Below, piece by piece: positions 1-10,600 of a stretch of DNA of 64,000 nucleotides. Numbering within the stretch: position 1 is the first letter of the stretch; every line of letters begins with the position of its first letter. Below the pieces are notes generated by a model that saw nothing but the letters and a program-made list of their open reading frames with translations, had not been told where the DNA came from and made no database searches. Source of the DNA: Octopus vulgaris (Eukaryota); the NCBI GenBank assembly GCA_951406725.2, contig OX597839.1, forward strand, positions 26,040,001 through 26,104,000. Reading direction: 5' to 3'. The translations under genes and the position numbers were made by a program.

Positions 1-103
1 ATATGTACTGGAGACAATTTGTTTGAATAAAAGCCTTCAAAGAATTACTCCAGCATGGTCGCAGTCCAGTGACTGAAACAAGTAAAAGCTAAAAGATAGT
101 ATA

Positions 104-613
104 TCTATATATATAAAACTGTAGTTGTGTGAGTGTCTGTCCCCTTCGATTTAGATTCCTAACTACTCCCACATTTTGCGGTGCAGTTTAACCAAATTCG
201 GGTATCTTATAGTCGTGATTCATATCGAGCCCTTCTGGGTATTAGCGCGTGTCTACGATGAGTCTACGATTTTAAAAATAATTTAACATCATTTTTTATT
301 CCATTTTAATGCATAATTTTTCGTGTGTCGATGGCGGCGGAGTTGGCGTCCATGGTCTCACCTGCACCTGTTTGCTTCTCCCCCTTCTTCCCTCCCTCGT
401 GAAGCTGTGGGGAAGGGAGTGTAAGGAAATCAACGTCGCAATGCGTTGTCAAGGAGACCAGCGTTCTTTTAGAACGACTTCATGGCTTGAAGACACCAAA
501 ACAGAAATGGCTAAGAAAGCCCGAATTGGCATCTATAAGGGAAGTAACTCTCTAAAAATGCTTATATAGATATTTCCCTTACAAACCCAAGCAACGCTGG
601 GCGATACTGCTAG
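104..613 (+). mobile_element. Non-autonomous Helitron
   Basis: Begins A|TC(TATATATAT) and ends with a GC-rich hairpin (cccaagcaacgctggg) plus CTAG|T. Homologous copies at 41472, 42075 and 43250. Confidence 0.85.
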
Positions 614-1074
614 TCCTTGATAAAAATCAATGTGGATCTGGCTAGATTTGAACCCAGAACTTCCAAGTTGGGCACTGTTAACTGCAGCACATCATGCAGC
701 TGTAAGCTTCAATCTCACTGCCCACTCAACAGACTTGTCTGTTTAATTACAAAGTGTAGAAGAACTATAAAACGGATTCTCTGAGATGTGGATTGCAGAA
801 AAAAATGGCTTTAGGCTTGTTGCCTGTGAAGCACCCTCTTCTGGCAGAGTATTAATAACAGGATTGGTTTGAAGTCTTTCATAGCAAGAATGGCTGAGAT
901 GGGAATCTGCAACGGTGAAGCATCTAATTAAAGCTGTTTTTATTTGTAGAATTGTCACACAAGATAACGATGCGTGTGTGCACACTTGCAGATGTGTGCA
1001 CGCGTATGCACATCTACTTGCATACGTATGGGTGTCTGTAAGTATAATAGCTAAATATAAATGTATGAATATCA

Positions 1075-1478
1075 GGCGCAGGAGTGGCTGTGTGGTAAGT
1101 AGCTTGCTTACGAACCACATGGTTCCGGGTTCAGTCCCACTGCGTGGCATCTTGGGCAAGTGTCTTCTGCTATAGCCCCGGGCCGACCAATGCCTTGTGA
1201 GTGGATTTGGTAGACGGAAACTGAAAGAAGCCTGTCGTGTATATGTATATATATATATATATGTGCTTGTGTGTCTGTGTTTGTCCCCCCAACATTGCTT
1301 GACAACCGATGCTGGTGTGTTTATGTCACCGTCACTTAGCGATTCGGCAAAAGAGATCGATAGAATAAGTACTGGGCTTACAAAGAATAAGTCCCGGGGT
1401 CGATTTGCTCAATTAAAGGCGATGCTCCAGCATGGCCACAGTCAAATGACTGAAACAAGCAAAAGAAAAAGAAAGAGA
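1075..1478 (+). mobile_element. tRNA-derived SINE, family A (about 400 bp)
   Basis: A box TGGCTGTGTGG, B box GGTTCAGTCCC, central TA/TG tract, A/G-rich tail. More than 15 copies in the window. Confidence 0.85.
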
Positions 1479-1639
1479 GATATACAGGGGGGGGGCGCTG
1501 AAAAATTCCTGGTTTTAAGGGTATCGTGAAAGGCCTGGCTGGAGGCTCAACCTTCCAAGTTCTTTTACAGGGCTTAGAAAAACTGAAGGACCCTGCAATA
1601 AGTGTGTGAATCTGAGAGGGGAATATGTTGGATAGTGTG

Positions 1640-1755
1640 TATATATGAATGTATGTATATATACATACATATACATACATATATATGTATATATACATAC
1701 ATATATATATAAACATACATACGTATATACATATATAAACATATATATGTATAAA

Positions 1756-1799
<44 letters not shown>

Positions 1800-1945
1800 T
1801 ACATATATAAAGATATATATATACATATATAAAGATACATATGTATAGACATATATATACATATATAAAGATATATATGTATATAGACATATATATACAT
1901 ATATATATATATGTATATATATACAAAGATATATATGTATGTATA
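1640..1945. repeat. (TA)n/(TACA)n compound microsatellite
   Basis: Direct inspection. Confidence 0.95.
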
Positions 1946-2599
1946 TTTACCTTCTCTGGGATGTTACTATAGCCCTGGGCCGACCAATGCCTTGTGAGTG
2001 GATTTGGTAGACAGAAACTGAAAGAAGCCCGTCGTGTATATGTATATATATATATGTGTTTGTGTGTCTGTGTTTGTCCCCCCCAACATTGCTTGACAAC
2101 TGATGCTGGTGTGTTTATGTCACCGGCAAAAGAGATCGATAGAATAATTATAATTTGAGAACTTTACATTGTTGGAAAACATATATGAACTTAATCTTGG
2201 TTTGCTTGGCATCCTACTTCAAGTTCCTGGTACTCACATCTACAACTTTATCGGTATATTTACACTCTCTAGGATGTTACTAATTGATTTGAGAACTTTA
2301 CATTATTGGAAAACCTATAAGAAATTAGCTGAAGATTACTTGACATATTATATTTGCTGTAATATTTACAGCTTTTAATAAATTGTTATAGTATGAAACA
2401 ATTGTACTAAACTACTGATCCATTCTTGTTGCTTATTTTTTGGTTATAATCACCCCACATAATTTTATGGGTAATACCATAAAAAAATATTCTGGTGCAT
2501 CTAAGTTAAGTACCATATTAATTTGAATCTAAATTGTTTTGCTGAACTTATAATCCCATACATTGTGTATGTTTTCTGGTACTTAACTTCTCAACAAGA

Positions 2600-3774
2600 A
2601 TGGAAAAAGTAAATATAGAGTTTTCCCCTAAGGATATCCCCTTACATAGTAAGGATGAATACATTTGGCTACTGATCCATAGAATCAACGATTTCATTAG
2701 AAGAATTAGATGGATGACCTACCACTATGATATTAAACAGAATAAGGACCCTCAATCAGCACATATGGATAAGAACTACAAAGGGATTTTTAGAAGCAGA
2801 AAAAGCCCACCTCCGAATCCACTCCTTGAAAACTTTGAAAAAGATCCGCTGGATCTTATCGAGAATATAGAATTTAAGGAGCATCCACTGAGATATAATC
2901 CACACCTTAAACATCTTAAGGATTTTGTTTATTCGATTCGGAATAAACAAGGTATCTTAGTACCAGCAGACAAAACGGGAAATCTTTATAGATTGGATTA
3001 TACGCTTTACAGCAGACTCACTAAGAAGGAGTTTAACTCAAAGTATAAAATAACAACCAAGAATAACTTGAAAAAAATTAATCTAGAAATCAAAGAAATT
3101 ATGGAAAATTACAATTTGACCGATAGAACAGAGCCTCTTATACCTTGTGAACCCAGGATTAATCTTAAGGGCCACAAGAGAAATTTCCTAGAAAACCCCT
3201 CGGTAAGACTCATTTGTCCAACTAAGTCGGACATTGGCCGACTTAGTAAATCTATCTTGGACAATGTTCTACCCCACCTTGTGAACCTTAGGATTAATCG
3301 TAAGGGCCACAAGAGAAATTTCCTAGAAAACCCCTCGGTAAGACTCATATGTCCAACTAAGTCGGACATTGGCTGCCTTAGTAAATCTATCTTGGACAAT
3401 GTTCTACCCCACCTTGTGAACCCAGGATTAATCTTAAGGGCCACAAGAGAAATTTCCTATAAAAACCCCTCGGTAAGACTCATTTGTCCAACTAAGTCGG
3501 ACATTGGCCGACTTAGTAAATCTATCTTGGACAATGTTCTACCCCAAATAACCCCTATCCTTCCCCTAAGTCTGTGGTTTAATACTGATGAAGTAATAGA
3601 TTGGTTTAATTCTCTAGTTAACACTAGCAGCTTCTTTTTTATTCAATTTGATATCAATAATTATTATTCTAGTATATCCCCCATTTTGCTAAGTAAATCG
3701 CTTATTTTTGCCATAAATCGCTCCCTTATATCTAGAGAAGAAATTGACATAATCATACTAGCTAGAAAAACTAT
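2600..3774 (+). pseudogene. Penelope-like retroelement ORF, N-terminal region and first part of RT (Naiad-like)
   Basis: Motifs FSPKDIP..EYIWLLI..FIRRIRW, LVPADKTGNLY, VRLICPTKSDIG and IQFDINNYYSSI are typical of invertebrate PLE RTs. Contains an internal triplication. Confidence 0.8.
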
Positions 3775-4374
3775 AGTTATTCTTGTTTACGTAGTTTATA
3801 TTCTCTTCCTTGTTTGGAAGATATAAACTATCCTTATCGAGAAAGGTAATTACATGGTCATATCCTGCTTTAGATAATGCGGTATTATAATGTTTAGAAT
3901 GAGAGTTGAATATATCACTATTAGATGACAGTTTGAAAATTCTTAGGGAGATATTTTTAACTAATGATTTTATTATATTTGGGGGATGATTAGATAACTT
4001 ATTTACATATCTAGTGATTTCGCCTTCCTTTCTAAATGGGTAATGTAGCTAAGAATTAAGGTTTAAGGTAATATCTAGGAAATTGACTATCTTAGTGCCA
4101 GGTTCATAAGTAATGCTAAGGTTAAAATCTTTAAAGAACTTATTAATTTTCTTTTCAATCCTTTCAATGCTTGATTTACTATTGTTAGGAACAACAAACA
4201 GAGCATCATCCCTATATAGACCACCCTGTAATTCAGGGATTTCCCTTTTTTATGCACTTTAATAAGTATGCACCTACTAAATTCGTTATCTCAGCCGAAT
4301 CACTGGAGCCCATGGGTATATCAAAATTATTAGGGGTATCTGCTCTAGTCCATAATTTACCTTCAAATTCTATG
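3775..4374 (-). pseudogene. Inverted continuation of the same PLE RT (catalytic YRDD and thumb)
   Basis: Minus strand reads [27 protein letters not shown], then after frameshifts GGLYRDDAL, VNFLDITLNL and SNHPPNIIK. It continues directly from ..ILARKT of the plus-strand ORF. Confidence 0.8.
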
Positions 4375-4536
4375 ATATATATATATGCATATACATATAT
4401 AAAGATATATATGTATATATACATATACACATATAAAGATATATATGTATATATAAATATACACACATATATAAAGATATATATGTATATATAAATATAC
4501 ACACATATATAAAGATATATATGTATATATACATAT

Positions 4537-4579
<43 letters not shown>

Positions 4580-4706
4580 TATATATACATATACACACAT
4601 ATATATATACATATACACATATATACATATACACATATATACATATACACATATATATATATATATATACATATACACATATACACATATATATATATAT
4701 ACATAT

Positions 4707-4737
<31 letters not shown>

Positions 4738-5043
4738 CATACACACACACACATATATATATATACATATACACACACACACACATATATATATATACAT
4801 ATACACACACACACACATATATATATATATACATATACACACACACACACATATATATATACATATACACACACACATATATATACATATACACACACAC
4901 ACACATATATATACATATACACACACACACACATATATATATATACACACACACACATATATATATACATATACACACACACACACACATATATACATAT
5001 ACACACACACACACATATACATATACACACACACACACACACA

Positions 5044-5115
<72 letters not shown>

Positions 5116-5180
5116 TATACACACACACACACACATATATATATACATACACACACACATATCTATGTATATATATACAT
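4375..5180. repeat. Long (TA)/(CA) compound microsatellite
   Basis: Direct inspection. Confidence 0.95.
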
Positions 5181-5414
5181 ATCCATGATGACGATGATGA
5201 TGAATCAACTTCAATATTTCCATTTGATGTTGCACAATGATTCATTTAATTTTACATCATTATGACAAAATAAACGTGAGCCATGATCTTATTCTGTGTC
5301 TGACCAACTCATTCTCTCTCCTGGACACACACAAGCATCAAACACACAAATAACAAAAAAAAAAAAACGTAAAAAAGAACAACGAAAACCAAATATAAAT
5401 CCAACTGTTTTGAC

Positions 5415-5620
5415 TATGATGATGATGTGATAATAATAGTGATGCTTTTGATAACAATGATGATGATGATGATGATGATGGCGGCGGTGGTGGTTTTGAT
5501 GGTGATGGCAGTGATGATGATGATGATGATGATGACAGTTTTGGTGGTGATGGTAGTGATGATGATGATGGTGGTGGTGGTTTTGATGGTGATGATGATG
5601 ATTGTGATGGTGATGATGAT
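5415..5620. repeat. (GAT)/(GGT) trinucleotide repeat
   Basis: Direct inspection. Confidence 0.9.
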
Positions 5621-5922
5621 ATTCCATTTTGGTAATAGAAACTAGCCAGTGGCAAGAGGTTTGCTTCCCAAACACATGGTTCCAGGTTCAAGTCCCACTG
5701 ACACTCCCCCACCATCGATTGATAACCGGTGTTGGTTTGTTTAAGGCCCTGAAACTTAGTAGTATGGCAAAAGAGACCAACAAAATAAGTACCAGGTTTA
5801 TACAAAAAAAAAAATAGAATGAAAGAAAAAAAAGAATTACTTACAGTCGATCTGTGTAACTAAAATGCTTCTTGGTGGTGCTCCAGTTTGGGCAATGACA
5901 AACAAGTAAAATGTAATAAACA

Positions 5923-6850
5923 CAGAGGTTGGACAAAATAATGGAAACACCTTAAAATTTCAAACAAATTTATTTTAATATGGGGTAGGACCACCTTTGG
6001 CAGTAATTACAGTTTGAATTCTACAAGGTTTGGACACGTACAAAGTTGAAATTGTTTCCAAAGGAATTTGTGTCCATTTTTCAGCTAAAACAGTCTCCAG
6101 TTCTTGCAGTGATGATGGTGAAGGATATCGACTCCTTACTTGTTGGAGTAAAGGTTGTTTGCCAATATGACATGGCAGTCCTGGTTTAGGACGAATGTTG
6201 CTGTAATTTATAAGATACAGATCGTGTCATATAGCCAGCTGGAGACAATGTCTCCTGGGACTAAATTACAGCAACATTCATCCTAAACCAGGACTGCCAT
6301 GTTATGTTGGCAAATAATCTTTTCTCCAAAGTATTGTTGCTAAATATCTCTCGTGAGATTTAAAAATAGTAATTTCCTTACTTGTTTTCCTAAAATGTAC
6401 CATAAATGTTCAATAATATTGAGATCTGAGGACTGTGGTGGCCAGATAAGGTGTTTAACTTCCCTAGAATGTTCCTTGTACCATTCAGTAAGAACTTTAG
6501 CTGAGTGAATTGGTGCATTATCATCCTGAAAGATTGCGTTCCCATCTGGAAACAGTTCCGCAACCATACGATGAATTTTATCAGATAAAATGCTTAAATA
6601 GTCTTGACTATTAATTCTGCCATGAAGAGAAACCATTGGGCTGGCAGATTTCCAAGATATGGCCCCTCCTCCTGATCATCACAGATCCTTCTACATGTTT
6701 AACAGTTGGAAGAAGGCAGTCCGGGTCACATGCTTCTTTTGGCTGTCTCCACAGGTATACTCGGCTGGTGGTTGGAAATAAGGTAAAGGATGACTCATCC
6801 AAGAAAATATTTGCTGAACTGGAAAGACTACATGAATTTTTATCATATCA
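5923..6850 (-). mobile_element. Tc1-family DNA transposon relic (DD34E transposase fragment)
   Basis: Terminus CAGAGGTTGGACAAAATAATGGAAACA. Minus-strand peptides DESSFTLF, FQDDNAPIH and WPPQSSDLNIIEHLW. Frameshifted and interrupted at 6145-6374. Confidence 0.85.
6145..6374. mobile_element. Fold-back insertion with 12-bp target-site duplication
   Basis: TCCTTACTTGTT at 6133-6144 and 6375-6386. Inverted arms of about 68 bp at 6143-6210 and 6262-6329. Confidence 0.75.
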
Positions 6851-7334
6851 CTAGCAGCATAGCCCGGCGTTGCCCGGGTATGTAAGAGCCCCTAGTAGGC
6901 AATGGGCGTACCGACTTTTAACTTCAGGATGTGTGGCGGCAGGCCTGGCGGTTCAAGTGAATTCAGGAATTCAACAGGATAATCGGCAAGCTCGGCGGGG
7001 TCTGCTGTCCTATCAATAGATTTGTAGACGTGGACATCACCAGGAATAGCTTCAAGTAGCTGGATATTGATGGAGTTGAGAGTTAAAAAGGTCGAGTTGC
7101 GTCCCCTAGACAGTCTCTAGCTTGTGTTTCTGATTCTCGACCCCATGTCGAATTTATCGATTTTTTTCAGAACTGGGGGAACTTTTCAAAATTTTCGCTG
7201 CGTTAGTTTTGAATTATGACATTGGGCTATGTGTGTGTCAAGTTTCATCAGAATCGGTTGAAAGCTGTGGTCAGGGTGAGGGTACAACCTGACAGACACA
7301 CAGACACACAAACTGCCGTTTATATATAGAGAGA
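6851..7334 (-). mobile_element. Internally deleted Helitron retaining a Pif1-helicase fragment
   Basis: TC start and hairpin+CTAG end on the minus strand. 6901-7083 translates without stops to ..YKSIDRTADPAELADYPVEFLNSLEPPGLPPHILKLKVGTPI, a RepHel helicase motif. Confidence 0.9.
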
Positions 7335-7369
7335 TATATAGGCACAGGAGTGGTTGTATGGTAAGAAAG

Positions 7370-7588
7370 AAGGTGGCGAGCTGGCAGAAATACTTAGCAG
7401 TACTTCGTCTGCTGTTATGGTCTAACTTCAAATTCTGCCGAGGTCAACTTTGCCTTTCATCCTTTCGGTGGGGGTCAATAAATTAAGTACCAATTACGCA
7501 CTGGGGTCGATCTAATCGACTTAATCCCTTTGTTTGTCCTTGTTTGTCCCCACTCTGTTTAGCTCCTTGTGGGCAATAAAGTAATAAG
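7370..7588 (+). mobile_element. SINE family B nested in a family A SINE head
   Basis: Core GCCTTTCATCCTTTCGG..AAATTAAGTACC, with family A sequence on both sides. Confidence 0.7.
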
Positions 7589-7640
7589 AAACTTTTTTCC
7601 TAACCACATGGTTCCAGGTTCAGTCCTGCTGCTTGGCAAT

Positions 7641-10600
7641 TTTCTAATAGACGTTCATAGTCTCTTCCCTTTTTTTAAAGTGGGCGATCCCACTAAATGC
7701 CTCGTCCATCGCGACGCGCACAGAACACAGGCATTTTTGTCATAGCCAGCACGGACCCACTGTCCCTTAAAATATTAATATGATAGTTTTTAAAAAAAGT
7801 TAAAAAATCTTAATGAATGGGGTTTTTAAATTGTCTAATCCGGTTTTCTTTTTAATTTTTCTTTTCTCATTTTAGGTCCCATCCCTACCGAAACAAGACC
7901 TTAAAGCTTTGCTACCCCTCGCAGAAAATTTCTAAAATAAAATAAAGTAAAAAAAAAAAAAAAAAGTACTGCAGGGTCTCCAACAAACCAACCTCTCGGT
8001 CTTCAAAAAAAAAGAAATAAAAAGAAGGTTGAAGACTTCATTGAGGGGGTATTGTATGTTGAAGTTGGTAGGGACACTTGTCTTTTATTTCTATTTTTTG
8101 TTTAGTCCTAACGTCTATGTACCGGGTTTAAGACCCTTATACCGAGGGCTAGTCCCTCAGCATATTATAGGTACAAATGAGAGCCGTCCAGCTAAGAAGT
8201 CGTCGAAATGACTTGTCTTTTATGCCCAAGACGTCCAGTGCCTGACTCGCAGGTCGGTACCAGGCCCCACAGGCACTGATTGGGAGTCCATGCACCTCTA
8301 CTGGCCGGTCGAACTCCTGCAAAAGCAATTGTACGAGCAGTTGGTATTTGCGCACTTTCTCGAGGGCAGCCTCTTTCAAGGCGTCCCCCTGCTCCAATCT
8401 GACAGTCACGTCGACGACCACTACCCTTTCTGGACGGCTAAAGACCAGGTCAGGTATCAGCCTGGAGCCGCTTATGATATAAGACGGCCCCACACTGACG
8501 CTCCAACCATGGTCTACAGCTTCCTTCGCCACCAGGCCACATATTTTATTATGCCTGGTGAGTCATGGCCCTTTAAGAGCACCACCTACTCCGCTGACGT
8601 GAGAGATAGTCTCTGCTCCTAATCTACATCTCGGACACATGGAATCATCACGGAGACCACATGTCAGAGTTTCACGGGTAGGAAATACGTTGGAGCGCAT
8701 CTTGAGCAAACTCAAGAAGCACCCCTCCGTAATCCTACCCAGCCTACTTATCCAACTATTGCCTATTGCGTCCCCACAGTACGCCACCGCACACACACCC
8801 TGCACCGGCTGGGCCGCCCATCTATGGGTGTGCACCAGCCGGATGTCAGGGTCGTATTCAGCCGCGCCCGCAGGTAGCAAAGGCAAATCATAAGATGCTA
8901 TCAGTTGCTGGTTCTGTTTGGCTAATCCTGCAGAATCAGCAACCTTTCTCACAGAGACATACTCCGACGTCAACAGGCGAAGGCTTTGGCGGACGACGGA
9001 TTTTGGTATCAGTCTCACCATCTGGTGAAGACCTAACCCTCCATCCCGCCGGCTGCTATATAAGAAGGAAGAGGACGTAGACTCGGGGAGATGCAGCATT
9101 CTTCTATCCCCCACGCGGATGGCCCTGTCAATCCTCTCAAGTATCCCTCTTGGCGGCAGTACCTGCACTAGACTATAAAAAAGCCTAGCCAGGTAATATT
9201 GCTGGAGCAAGAGGAATTTTTGTCGGGGTTTCAGCGGAGCCCTGCACATTTTATTTATGTCCAGGGACACCTGCTCCACTGAATCTAAACCAAACTCCCA
9301 ACTTGAGATCGAAGTCCACGTGGGGATGTTTACACCTAGATAAGATACTCTCTCCCCCGGCTCTACCTTTTTAATAGTGACACCATCGACATTCGGCGGG
9401 GTGTTCTCATTGACGAGGTAGGACTTGCCCCAGTCGCGGATGGAGTACCACGCACACTTACCGACATTAAGCCCCAGTCCAACCGCGCGATAGAACTCCA
9501 GGCATCTATCTATAAGAGCCTGGAGACCATCGCGCGATTTCGCAACTAGGGCCATGTCGTCAGCGTATGCGATTCCATCCATCCGGATCCCCTCAACCTG
9601 CAAATCCCCACTGCCGGATAACATATCTAGCAGTGGGTCAGTTGCAATGTTGAAGAGGATCGGTGAGAGCGCATCCCCCTGTCTAACACCTCGACGAATC
9701 TCTATGGGTTCACTAAGTTGCCCACCAACTGAGAATCTGGTAGTGCTGCCTACGTAGATCCCCTCTACAAGTGCTATAATGTGCTCATGGAACCCAAGTC
9801 TCCACAGTCCCGCATACACCAATGAGTGCGAGACTGTACCAAAGGCCTTGGAGAGATCCAAGAAGGCAACCTCCAGCCGCGGTATTCTCAGTTGTGCTGG
9901 CCTCCCCATCGCGCAACTAACGAGCTGCCGAAGGAGAAATGAAGTCTCACTGCAGCCGTCAGCGTGGATAAAGCCTCTTTGGCTTGAGTTAAGGGGAGTT
10001 ACCTGAAGCATGCGCTTGGCGACAATTTTCGAAAATAAACGATATGCCACAGAACATATCGTAATTGGTCGCCAGTTTGCAAGATCGTAGGGGTCATCTG
10101 CCCTCTTTGATACGAGGACAGATCTACCCTGCTTCAGGATATCAAGTACCTTACCTGCCAGCAACATGCAGTTGCAGATATTTGCGAGGATAGCTGGGTC
10201 CATTGATTTAATCTCACTAATTGTGAGACCCTCCGGACCCCCGCTGAGGAGATCTTCATTTTACGACGACTAATTTTAACCTCCTCCATGGAGAACGGTC
10301 TCAAAATAGGGCCGTTCTCAACCTGGGAGGAGGAAGGGTAGTCCATTAGATCGACTTCAGGGCCTGGAGCAGAAAGCCTCCCTTTATAGAAGTCCTCTAT
10401 AGCGTATAGTGGGATTGGGCATTCCTGCTCCTTATCCTCACCTAAGACAATTGCAAGGACCCTCTTCCTATCTTTCTTATATAAGTCTTGGTGGTGGGTG
10501 TGTGCAAGACGCCTACCCCACCGCCGAAAATTGGCACTATTCTTAGCAGATCTAACACTAATTCTCCTGGTGGTCTCTTCCCTACGCGATTTGTAGTGCT

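Noticed and set aside
743-1529. Recurrent ORFs such as MPRSGTEPGTMW and MTTDAGVF
   Set aside because: Chance frames of the non-coding SINE family A.
4233-5245. Long ORFs rich in Y/I/C/V/H/T (also 1378-1926, 34496-35742 and 63512-63980)
   Set aside because: They are translations of (TA)/(CA) microsatellites. Only the [16 protein letters not shown] tail belongs to the PLE.
7695-7767. 28S rRNA gene fragment as an rRNA feature
   Set aside because: Only three short blocks match and the spacers are unrelated; reported as a finding instead.
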